Assembly: GCA_016705125.1 (NCBI GenBank)
Contig: JADIYW010000025.1
Coordinates: 6,722-70,721, forward strand
From: Bacteroidota bacterium
Lineage (GTDB): Bacteria; Bacteroidota; Bacteroidia; Chitinophagales; JADIYW01
DNA length: 64,000 nt
Direction: 5' to 3'
Shown: positions 39,643-48,120 of the stretch, in pieces
Layout: every line of letters starts with the position of its first letter
Position numbering within the stretch: position 1 is the first letter of the stretch
Translations under genes and position numbers: made by a program
Notes under the pieces: generated by a model
What the model saw: the letters and a program-made list of their open reading frames with translations, nothing else
Told to the model about the DNA's origin: nothing
Databases searched by the model: none

Positions 39643-42600
39643 TTACTCTGCAATAACCACTTTTGAAGTTGTTTTTATCCCATTATTAATCATATCTACA
39701 AAATAAATGCCTTTTGATATGCCTTCCAAATTGAACTGTTTTGTATTTATTCCTGTAGAAGTTGTAAATTCTTCGTATGCTATTGTTTTTCCAGTTAGAT
39801 CAAAAATCCTTAATGTAACATTTGATTCTTCCGTAGTTTCAAATCTAACGTCAAATATTCCACGTGTTGGATTTGGAACTATTTTCATATTTTGTAATGT
39901 TGTTACTTTATTCGACCCAGAACTCTTTTCGTAAATGGACTTCTCAGGATTGGTTCTAAAATCAATTATAGTTGGTTCTGACAATGTTTCTCCTTCTATA
40001 ACATCTGATGGAATACATTCAGTTATTATTTCAAATCTATATTCCTGGTCAAATTTGAGATTCGATAATTCAATTGAATTTATGCCACCCTCTATTGATC
40101 CATTTATTGCCGTTCCATACTCACCATCGTCTGTTCCTCCACCATCACCTGTGCCACCATCTGTCCCGCTTGGTTTAATTTTTTCTCTTAATTTAGTATA
40201 ATATTGAGTTACAACACTTGCATCCCTAGGTAGCCATGAAATAGTTGTTTTAGTATTTATGTCAGTTATACTATTTTCTTTTGGTGTCGCAACTACTGAT
40301 TCAATTTTGGTACATTTACCATCACCATCACCTCCTTGTAAACCACATGCTGTTACTAAATCCCTATTTTCGCTCCAATCACTAGATCCCGTAGGGCAAT
40401 TCGCTCTAACCCTCCAATGGTAACGGGTACAAGGCGCTAAGTTGGTAAGGGTAACTGTATTGGTTGAACTAGTTACTTGTAAAGACCATGGTGTGCCACT
40501 ATCTGATTCCTTTCTATATTGAATAGTATAATTTATTACTCCTGGAGGTATGTCATTTCCGATATTAAATCCAACAATACAAGGGATACAAAGATTACAA
40601 AACATTCCGTTCCAAAAACATTCCCAAGAATCCCAAGATTGAATTGGAGAATCTCCAAATTCATTAAAATTCCATCGAAGACCAGCACTAGTTAATTGAA
40701 TATTCTTATTTCGAGGATGTGTTGGTGGCAATAAGTTACACGTGGTTTTAATTGTTACTGACATTGTACTGCTCCAACTGCCTATATTAAAATTGCTACA
40801 TAAGGTTCTTATTCTAAAATAGTAGGTGGTACCTGAAGTTAATCCCGTCAATACAATAGTAGTAGTGGTGCTTGTAACAATTGTCCATGGACCATCTGGC
40901 GAAGTGCTATAATTCAATTCATAAGAAAGCGCACCAGGTACTGCTTGCCAAAAAAATGTGGCTCCGTCTAAAGAATTTGACCAAGACTCAATTTGTTGTG
41001 GCACTTCACATAAAAGTGGCGTAAAACAAGAAGTATTGCCATATTCACTCTCGCCAGAATTGCATATTGATTTTACCCTCCAACAGTACTTAACACCAGT
41101 TTCCAAGCCTGAAATAACAAAGGTATTCGTTGGTGCTGCTACCTCATACTCTTGTCCTCCGTTGGCAGGATCGCTTTCTTTTCTAATTTTTATTCTATAT
41201 TTTATGATTCCAAAACTAGGATTTACTGCTGTCCATGACAAAGTAGCTCCATCATAAGTTATGGCCGATTCGGTTAATCCTCCAGGACCATTCAAGGTAC
41301 AATTATCTTTTATTGTTACTGTTTTTACTGGACTCCATACACTTAAATCATTTGGTCCACAAATGGTTTGTACTTGATACTCATAAGTAGCACCCAAAGT
41401 TAATCCTGATAAATTAACTGTATTGGTTGACTGAGTTGAGTTTATCCAATTTGGATCACCCACTTTTCTGTATCTAAAATTATAACTTATTCCACTTTGA
41501 TTTGAAATAGCCCAAGTAATTAATGCTGTACCCAAGGAATTTGAAACACCTGTTATATCATTTGGTAATTTACATTCTTCATTTGTTTTAAATGTAGCCA
41601 AAGGTGAAGACATTGGTCCAAAACCAGTAGCACAAACTCGCCTAACTTTCCAAACATAATTAGTATTAGGCATAAGTCCTGTTAGTGTCTTCCAATTATC
41701 CATCTGAGTAATAACAATAAAATCCATTGCTCCAGCTTCTTTATACGACAATTCATATCCATTTGTATTATCACCAAACCAACTCCATTCCAACAATACT
41801 GAAGTAGAAGTGATTTGAGACGAAGTTAGATTAGTTGGTGCTACAAAATTACATGGAGTTAATGTTTTCCATGGAAAAGGAGGCGAGCTATAATCAGATA
41901 CATCAGGTGAAGTACATTGAGACAATATTTTAAACTCATAATTCGTATTCGCTAGCAAAGTAGTTATTCTTAATGTGTCTTTTGTTCCTGCTGCAAAACG
42001 ATTTATCCAACTAGTGGCACCAACAACTCTATATTGAATTCTAAACAAAGAAACATCACTTCCAGCTGGTATGTTCCATTTAAGTGTAGTGGCTGTTGCT
42101 GTAATATTACTTACCATTAATCCATTAGGGATTTTACATAATCCATCTGTTGTAAATGGGATAAGTGAAGAGAAAGGACTTTCAGATCCATTCGAACATA
42201 TACTCTTTACCTTCCAAACATAATCAGTACTTGGCATTAATCCAGAAGCTGTGGCAGACATATACTCTACAGGAGGCAACGGTGGCAAGCCCATTCTTCC
42301 TGAACTATCTGGTAATGGATCTAAAATTACCCCACCAGTTCCTGCACTAGTATTTTGAACAGTATCACAATTCCAAGTTGTTTCACTTACTTTTTTGTAG
42401 CATACATAATAAGACGCGGTTGGTGGTTTAGGCTGTTTCAACCATTTAAAAGTAGCTTTGGTAGAACTGATATTGTTTGTAGTTAATTCTACCGGAGGTA
42501 CACAATTATAAGGTGCGGTAGCAAATTGAAAATGAGGACTAAATAAGGTACTTGTATCATTGCCTTCACAAACCGTTTTAACTCTAAAATAGTAAGTTGT

Positions 42601-45186
42601 ATTAATTATTAAGCCATTTAATAAATATGAATTTGTAGTGGTAGTTATAAATGTTGTTGGCCAAACAGCAGGATTAGTGGTTACTTGAACTAAATACTTA
42701 ATAGCACTATTTATGTTTGACCAATTCAATATTACGCTTGTAGTGGTTATGTCTGTTACACTTAAATTATTAGGAAAATTACATGCTGAATTTGTTTTAA
42801 ATTCTCTAATATTACTATAATCGCTTTCCAAGCCTCCACCACAAACACTCTTTACTCGCCATGTATAGTTTGTATTCGGTTGTAGGTTTGCAATGGAAAC
42901 GGAATTAGTTGGACTTGTACCTGTAAATCCATTTGCCCAATTTGGATCACTTGATAATCTATATTGATAAATGTATTGTTGTGCTCCAAACATTTGTGTC
43001 CAAGTTAGTGTGGCTTCATTAGCTGTTACATTCAATTCGGATAAATAAATAGGAGGTGTTTCGTTACATGGTGTATTCACAATTATTGTTCCTGTGACAC
43101 TAAAACTAGTTGTATCTCCTATGGCACAAATCGTACTAACTTGATAATTGTAGGTTGCTCCTGCCGTTAATCCAGTGGCTATAAAGGAGTTACTTGGGTG
43201 ATTAACTGAACCAAAATTTGTCCAATTGGGCTCTGTTGATAGCTTATACCTTATATGGTATCCATAGGCATTTGGTACTACATTCCACGTTATGGTAAAT
43301 GCATCAGTTGAGTTGGAGATTGCGTCAATTCCTCCTGGAAAACTACAACCCAATGTAGTAGAAAAAGCCGTAATTGGTGTTGTCCATGCACTTTCTAGAG
43401 TTGGAGAACAAACACTCCTCACTTGCCATTGGTAATCTTTATCCGCATTCAATCCCGTTAGATTATAGAAATTAGATCCTGCTGTAAATTCTTGCCATGT
43501 GCCCCAACTTCCATTTGGCTGCTTTTCTCTATATTGAATCTTATAGGATGAAGCAGAAGGATTTACCACCCAATTAAGCGTGGCGGAGCTGCTTGTTATG
43601 CCTGTTGTCGTTAAGCCTGTTGGTGGGTTGCAAACCAAACCAAGAGTATGAAATAATTCACTCGCTGACCAGCCACTTGATAAAGTTGCTGTACAGTTGC
43701 TTTTTACTTGCCATTGATGATCCTTATCCGATACTAATCCTGTTGCATCATAAAACAAAGTGGTTACAGGGGTTGGAACGTCAGTCCAAGTGGATGGCCA
43801 TGAACCATCTGGATTTTTTGCTCTATACCTAATACTATAAGATATTGCACCCGGTACAATATTCCAATTAAATTTAGCACTAGTGGTGGTAATATTTGTG
43901 GTAGTGGTATTTGTTGGGGACGTACATGCTAGGGTTGAATAGTTCTTTATCGGATCCCAAGCACTTTCCACATTATTGGCACATACACTTTTTACTTGCC
44001 ATTGTTGATCTCTATCTTCTGCAAGACCACTCACATCATAAAATATAGCCGTAATAGTAGTATTTGGTTCTGTCCAATTTGTAGGCCATGTTCCATTTGT
44101 ATTTTTTTGTCTATATTTTACTTTATATCCAACCACTCCAGCTACGGGCCACCAGTTAAATCGTGCACTATTGGTAGTAATATTAGTTGTTTTGTTGCTA
44201 TCCGCTATCGGCGGGTCACACGTTAATGAAAGGGTTTGAAAAGTAGGATTTGGAGTAGCTGAACATGCTACAATACCCCCCGCACAATTTGTACACACTT
44301 TATATGTATAACTTGTATTTACATCTAATCCTGTTAAACTATATGATGTATTTGGAGTATTTATAAGAATCCAGTTTGGATCACTTACTTTCTTATATTC
44401 CAGGTTGTAGGAAATAGCTCCATTACCAGCCGTCCAACTAAGATTGACAGAGGTTGTAGTAATATTACTTGAAGAAAGATTTGTTGGTGCTCCACATGCT
44501 GACTGAGTTGTAAATAATATTAAAGAAGAATAATCTCCTTCATTGGCACCACATATCGCCTTTACATGCCACTGATGGTCTCTATTTTCTGTCAATCCAT
44601 TCGCAGTATGTGTTGGATTGGTTGGATTAGGAGTAACAGTAACCCATGTTGCTGGCCATGATCCATCAGTATTTTTTTGTCTGTACTGTACTTTATAAGC
44701 TGAAGCTCCTGATACCGCTGTCCAATTAAAGGTAGCTGATGAAGTGGTTATATTTGTCGTAGTTGGATTAGCAGGAACACCACAAGCACTGCCCTGTGTG
44801 GTAAATGAAGAAGAAGCACTAAATGCACTACTTCCACTTGGACAAATGGCTTTAACCCTATATTGGTAATCAGAAGCTGGTGTTAAACCCGTAATTAGTT
44901 TAGAATTGGTTGTAGAGCCTACGGTAACCCAAGTTCCTCCTGTTATCTTATACGAAAATTGATAATTGGTTGCACCACTTACTACCGCACAACCCAATGT
45001 TGCCTCCGTACTGGTAATGCCCGTGGCAGTAAGTGATGTGGGCACATCGCAGGCCATCGGTTTATAAATTATAGACTTATTCTCTTTAAAAACAATGGTT
45101 TTATTTTGTTCTCCGCCAATTGTAGGTAGACTAAAAACTACTACCATAAAAAATAAAATAATGTTGTTTAGTCCTTTCATATCCAT
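39643..45186 (-). CDS. giant secreted/cell-surface protein P3: ~17 FN3-like modules + T9SS C-terminal sorting domain
   Basis: 1847 aa. ATG at 45186 (alternative Met3) with a signal peptide. Same module grammar as P1 and P2. CTD: KIVPNPTRGIFDVRF...LRIFDLTGKTI...GIYFVDM...KVVIAE. Confidence 0.85.
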   Translation of the reverse strand: MDMKGLNNIILFFMVVVFSLPTIGGEQNKTIVFKENKSIIYKPMACDVPTSLTATGITSTEATLGCAVVSGATNYQFSYKITGGTWVTVGSTTNSKLITGLTPASDYQYRVKAICPSGSSAFSASSSFTTQGSACGVPANPTTTNITTSSATFNWTAVSGASAYKVQYRQKNTDGSWPATWVTVTPNPTNPTHTANGLTENRDHQWHVKAICGANEGDYSSLILFTTQSACGAPTNLSSSNITTTSVNLSWTAGNGAISYNLEYKKVSDPNWILINTPNTSYSLTGLDVNTSYTYKVCTNCAGGIVACSATPNPTFQTLSLTCDPPIADSNKTTNITTNSARFNWWPVAGVVGYKVKYRQKNTNGTWPTNWTEPNTTITAIFYDVSGLAEDRDQQWQVKSVCANNVESAWDPIKNYSTLACTSPTNTTTTNITTTSAKFNWNIVPGAISYSIRYRAKNPDGSWPSTWTDVPTPVTTLFYDATGLVSDKDHQWQVKSNCTATLSSGWSASELFHTLGLVCNPPTGLTTTGITSSSATLNWVVNPSASSYKIQYREKQPNGSWGTWQEFTAGSNFYNLTGLNADKDYQWQVRSVCSPTLESAWTTPITAFSTTLGCSFPGGIDAISNSTDAFTITWNVVPNAYGYHIRYKLSTEPNWTNFGSVNHPSNSFIATGLTAGATYNYQVSTICAIGDTTSFSVTGTIIVNTPCNETPPIYLSELNVTANEATLTWTQMFGAQQYIYQYRLSSDPNWANGFTGTSPTNSVSIANLQPNTNYTWRVKSVCGGGLESDYSNIREFKTNSACNFPNNLSVTDITTTSVILNWSNINSAIKYLVQVTTNPAVWPTTFITTTTNSYLLNGLIINTTYYFRVKTVCEGNDTSTLFSPHFQFATAPYNCVPPVELTTNNISSTKATFKWLKQPKPPTASYYVCYKKVSETTWNCDTVQNTSAGTGGVILDPLPDSSGRMGLPPLPPVEYMSATASGLMPSTDYVWKVKSICSNGSESPFSSLIPFTTDGLCKIPNGLMVSNITATATTLKWNIPAGSDVSLFRIQYRVVGATSWINRFAAGTKDTLRITTLLANTNYEFKILSQCTSPDVSDYSSPPFPWKTLTPCNFVAPTNLTSSQITSTSVLLEWSWFGDNTNGYELSYKEAGAMDFIVITQMDNWKTLTGLMPNTNYVWKVRRVCATGFGPMSSPLATFKTNEECKLPNDITGVSNSLGTALITWAISNQSGISYNFRYRKVGDPNWINSTQSTNTVNLSGLTLGATYEYQVQTICGPNDLSVWSPVKTVTIKDNCTLNGPGGLTESAITYDGATLSWTAVNPSFGIIKYRIKIRKESDPANGGQEYEVAAPTNTFVISGLETGVKYCWRVKSICNSGESEYGNTSCFTPLLCEVPQQIESWSNSLDGATFFWQAVPGALSYELNYSTSPDGPWTIVTSTTTTIVLTGLTSGTTYYFRIRTLCSNFNIGSWSSTMSVTIKTTCNLLPPTHPRNKNIQLTSAGLRWNFNEFGDSPIQSWDSWECFWNGMFCNLCIPCIVGFNIGNDIPPGVINYTIQYRKESDSGTPWSLQVTSSTNTVTLTNLAPCTRYHWRVRANCPTGSSDWSENRDLVTACGLQGGDGDGKCTKIESVVATPKENSITDINTKTTISWLPRDASVVTQYYTKLREKIKPSGTDGGTGDGGGTDDGEYGTAINGSIEGGINSIELSNLKFDQEYRFEIITECIPSDVIEGETLSEPTIIDFRTNPEKSIYEKSSGSNKVTTLQNMKIVPNPTRGIFDVRFETTEESNVTLRIFDLTGKTIAYEEFTTSTGINTKQFNLEGISKGIYFVDMINNGIKTTSKVVIAE

Positions 45187-45462
45187 GTTTTAAGTAAATT
45201 AAAAAATTGAGGGGTTTAATTACTTAAAAATATTGGAGACCAATCCAAGTGTAATGCTGAAAAGCACCCACATATCAAAATTGAAAAAAAATTGCCGTGA
45301 AAAAAATTACAATTTATGCCGTTTGTCAAGAAAAATAACTGTACTTTTTCTATCCGAACAAGAAAAATAAAATATAAGCAGTTTATTATAAATGTATTAT
45401 AAATAATAATAAAAATACATGAAACTTTAATTGTTAATAAAAAAAAGACATAAATGTAAACT

Positions 45463-45497
45463 AAAAGGGGAGAAATTTTCAATTTCTCCCCTTTTTT
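45463..45497 (-). terminator. strong bidirectional-looking intrinsic terminator
   Basis: Perfect 11-bp stem GGGGAGAAATT-ttc-AATTTCTCCCC flanked by A4 and T6. Located 18 nt downstream of the 45515 stop. Confidence 0.7.
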
Positions 45498-45514
45498 GTA
45501 ATAAATACTTATTA

Positions 45515-45928
45515 TTAACCTATAATAATCTTACCACTTATCCTTTCAATTCCATTAGTTAATTCAATAAGATAAATCCCTTTCGATAATCCTTCTAAAT
45601 TGAAATCTTTAGTATTAAAACCAATTTCAGCATTAAATTGCTCATTTATTATGGTATTTCCTGTTAAATCAATTATTCTAATGGAAACCGATGCTTCTTC
45701 ATTTCCATAAAAATTAAGTTTAAAGTTGCCTTTGGATGGGTTAGGCACAATAGTAAGTTTATCAAATTTTGATTTTGTTTGTTGAACTCTCCCTCCCTTT
45801 TTAGTGCTAAAGTTTAAAATTGGTTTAACAAAAAAGGCAACTCGCATCAGTTGCCTTTCGTTCGAAATAAGCTTACTAATTGTTTTCTGTAACTTTACTA
45901 CATTCCATTTTTTGATTACACTTGTCAA
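45515..45928 (-). CDS. T9SS C-terminal-sorting-domain-only ORF (orphan CTD; possible remnant of a fourth giant paralogue or frameshifted small cargo)
   Basis: The last ~85 aa (LTIVPNPSKGNFKLNF...IRIIDLTGNTI...FNLEGLSKGIYLIEL...KIIIG) closely resemble the P3 CTD. The track start is a TTG, the first ATG is at 45847, and this frame has no signal peptide. Confidence 0.45.
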   Translation of the reverse strand: MTSVIKKWNVVKLQKTISKLISNERQLMRVAFFVKPILNFSTKKGGRVQQTKSKFDKLTIVPNPSKGNFKLNFYGNEEASVSIRIIDLTGNTIINEQFNAEIGFNTKDFNLEGLSKGIYLIELTNGIERISGKIIIG

Positions 45929-46019
45929 GGTATTTGGGCTTACCTACTGTGGCAAATAATACTCCGAATGTGATGATAGCACTTGCTATGGCGATTAAAA
46001 ATCTTGGTTTCCTTTTCAT
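45876..46019 (-). CDS. small membrane/signal-anchored peptide (47 aa), third member of the post-sigma small-protein set
   Basis: Below the ORF-track size cutoff. Manual translation from ATG 46019 gives MKRKPRFLIAIASAIITFGVLFATVGKPKYLDKCNQKMECSKVTENN*. It shares the MKRKP N-terminus with 46453-46749 and overlaps the orphan-CTD ORF out of frame. Confidence 0.3.
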   Translation of the reverse strand: MKRKPRFLIAIASAIITFGVLFATVGKPKYLDKCNQKMECSKVTENN

Positions 46020-46049
46020 CTTTTTTGTTTTTAAAAATTAATAAATTTG

Positions 46050-46319
46050 TTAGTTGCATTTTTCACCAAAACGGCTTTTCATTTTTTCTTTCATTGCGTT
46101 GAATTCTTCGTCATTCATGCTTCTTATTTTTTCTGCGAATGCAAAAGGCGGCATTCCCATTTCTGGTGAAAATTGTCCGATCATTCTTGCTCTTCCCATT
46201 CCAAATGGGGTGAAGATAAATTTAAGTAAAAGCACGATGAATAATAATGGTCCGGTAAAGAATACAAATGTTCCTAATAAGGCACCACCGATAATTGGTT
46301 TTAAAATTGATTTGTTCAT
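46050..46319 (-). CDS. small membrane protein (89 aa), paralogue of 46453-46749
   Basis: Has TM segments, then PPFAFAEKIRSMNDEEFNAMKEKMKSRFGEKCN. The neighbour has PPFANPKIREKMMNMTDEERQQFKEEWKNRCQNK. Confidence 0.5.
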   Translation of the reverse strand: MNKSILKPIIGGALLGTFVFFTGPLLFIVLLLKFIFTPFGMGRARMIGQFSPEMGMPPFAFAEKIRSMNDEEFNAMKEKMKSRFGEKCN

Positions 46320-46452
46320 TTTTTTTGTTTTTAAATTGTTTAATTAATTCTTTATATATAGGAAGACGATTGAGCCTTGATTTTACTTTAAATAAAATAA
46401 AAAAGCCTGCAAATAATTTATTTACAGGCTTTCAAAAAAAAGTGGAAACTTG

Positions 46453-46749
46453 TTATTTATTCTGGCATCTATTTTTCCATTCTTCTTTAAATTGTTGTCG
46501 CTCTTCGTCGGTCATATTCATCATCTTTTCTCTTATTTTTGGATTGGCAAAAGGTGGTTTTTTATTGCCAAATCCAAAACTACCCAATAGTATTCTGCTC
46601 AATAAAAACAAACCTAATGCTTGAAAATAGGTTATTGCTTTTAATCCAAAAATTACTGGAATAAGCCAATTCCAAAGTAACATTACTGTGCCACCAACGG
46701 CAAAAAAAAGTGCAACTGGAATTAAAACAAATATTGGTTTTCTTTTCAT
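46453..46749 (-). CDS. small membrane protein (98 aa) immediately downstream of the ECF sigma factor (candidate anti-sigma/partner)
   Basis: The start lies 3 nt after the sigma stop. It has 2-3 TM segments and a charged helical tail ending in Cys-x3. Confidence 0.5.
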   Translation of the reverse strand: MKRKPIFVLIPVALFFAVGGTVMLLWNWLIPVIFGLKAITYFQALGLFLLSRILLGSFGFGNKKPPFANPKIREKMMNMTDEERQQFKEEWKNRCQNK

Positions 46750-46752
46750 TTA

Positions 46753-47331
46753 TTAGTCTTTTAATTCGTTGTATAAAGGTAAAAGTCTTTTCTTTAAATA
46801 CTTCATCGCATATCCTTTTCGACTGATAATAGTTTTTAAGTTTTCGCCCGTTTCATCCGCTATTTTTTGCAATGTTTTGTCTTCAATTTCATTTTCTATA
46901 AAAACAAAACGTTGGTTTTCGGGAAGTTCCTCTAATGCTTTCATTAATTCATCCCAAAATAATTCTTTAAATATAACCAATTCTGGATTATTGCTATCGT
47001 CTAAAAGCAAAGCATCTTTTATAGAAAAATTTCCATCCTCGTCCTCATAAGTATAGTCTTCCAGATTATCGGTTTTCTTTTTTCGATAAAAATCGGTTAT
47101 TTTATTTCTTGAAACAGCATAAAGCCAGGCACTTGCATTTTCTAGCTCATCAATATTGGTATACTTGCTGAATTGATACCAAACCTCTTGCAAAATATCT
47201 TCAGCATCTTCTACTATATTTACTTTGTTTTTTATAAACGAAAACAACTGTTTCCCAAACTTATTTATGGTTTGAGAAATAGTATTTTTTTGTTGATTTT
47301 CGTTCATTCTGATTTTTAAAATTGCATCCAT
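46753..47331 (-). CDS. ECF-type RNA polymerase sigma-70 family factor
   Basis: 192 aa. Region 2 (DAEDILQEVWYQF...AWLYAVSRNKITDFYRKK) and region 4 HTH (LPENQRFVFIENEIEDKTLQKIADETGENLKTIISRKGYA). Confidence 0.85.
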   Translation of the reverse strand: MDAILKIRMNENQQKNTISQTINKFGKQLFSFIKNKVNIVEDAEDILQEVWYQFSKYTNIDELENASAWLYAVSRNKITDFYRKKKTDNLEDYTYEDEDGNFSIKDALLLDDSNNPELVIFKELFWDELMKALEELPENQRFVFIENEIEDKTLQKIADETGENLKTIISRKGYAMKYLKKRLLPLYNELKD

Positions 47332-47368
47332 ATAATAGATGACGAATGAGTTTAGAAATTACTTTAAA

Positions 47369-48102
47369 CTAAGATAAATAGTTTGTTCTAACACCAGTTT
47401 TTAAATCAATGACTTCAAATTTTCTCGTTTCGTTGAATGAACCCATGTCGGTATCGCTATTGATGTGAATAGCACCAAATAGAATAAGATATTTACAATT
47501 GTATTTTGTGCCTAAAACCAATTCTTCCATTCGTTTGTCGATGGCTTCATAAATTACTTCGGTTGCCTCTTTGAGCGGAATAGTGGCTGACAAAATCCTT
47601 TCTTTTTATTTAGTAATATCTGTTCTATGGTATTCATTTGATAATCCATATCAGTAATATTCCCTTCAATGATTAAATTATTTATCAACTTGTTTAGAGC
47701 ACCTTTTGCCGCACCACAACAACTACTGTTTTTGCTTTGTCCGTGCCTATGAATTTCACCAATAGTGCCATTTTCTGTGATGCCAATATGTGGCCCATAA
47801 TAAATACCAACAGCACCTTCATCGGGTACATGGCTTGCAAATGCGCCCATTCCTGTAAGTCCTGTAAATGGAAAACCATCTAAACCACCCATTTTGAAGG
47901 GACCTAAAAACTCTTGTGTTCTTGCAGGATATTGTATGCTATTCACATCATCGCTACAAATACTATCTGCCAACATCACCTTAGATGGCTCTAAATCTAA
48001 TTGACCTTCTATAAAGTCAATAAAATGGTTTACACTATCAATAGTGGTTTGCGCCTTTGGATAATGCTGTTGAATAATGGCTAATTTATCTTTCTTTTTC
48101 AT
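47369..48102 (-). pseudogene. LCIB/LCIC-like (beta-carbonic-anhydrase-fold) family protein, split by a frameshift; tentative
   Basis: ORFs 47554-48102 and 47369-47593 join if one A is added in the A5 run (plus-strand T5 at 47603-47607): ...LLNKKERILSATIPLKEATEV.... The Cys...His...Cys pattern (SICSDDVN, GPHIGI, SSCCGAAKGA) recalls the LCIB Zn ligands. Confidence 0.4.
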
Positions 48103-48120
48103 TTGTATTTTATTTTTAAA

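Noticed and set aside
27090-44226. Many 60-107-aa plus-strand ORFs inside the three giant genes (for example 29643-29966, 40958-41257, 39935-40201)
   Set aside because: They are antisense to long, intact, motif-rich minus-strand reading frames. They have no independent signals and their products are low-complexity mirror translations of the FN3 repeats.
45216-45482. 88-aa minus-strand ORF between P3 and the orphan CTD ORF
   Set aside because: It lies in an extremely AT-rich intergenic region. The product is Ile/Phe/Leu/Asn low-complexity. The ORF spans the strong terminator hairpin at 45463-45497, so it is most likely a non-coding promoter or terminator region.
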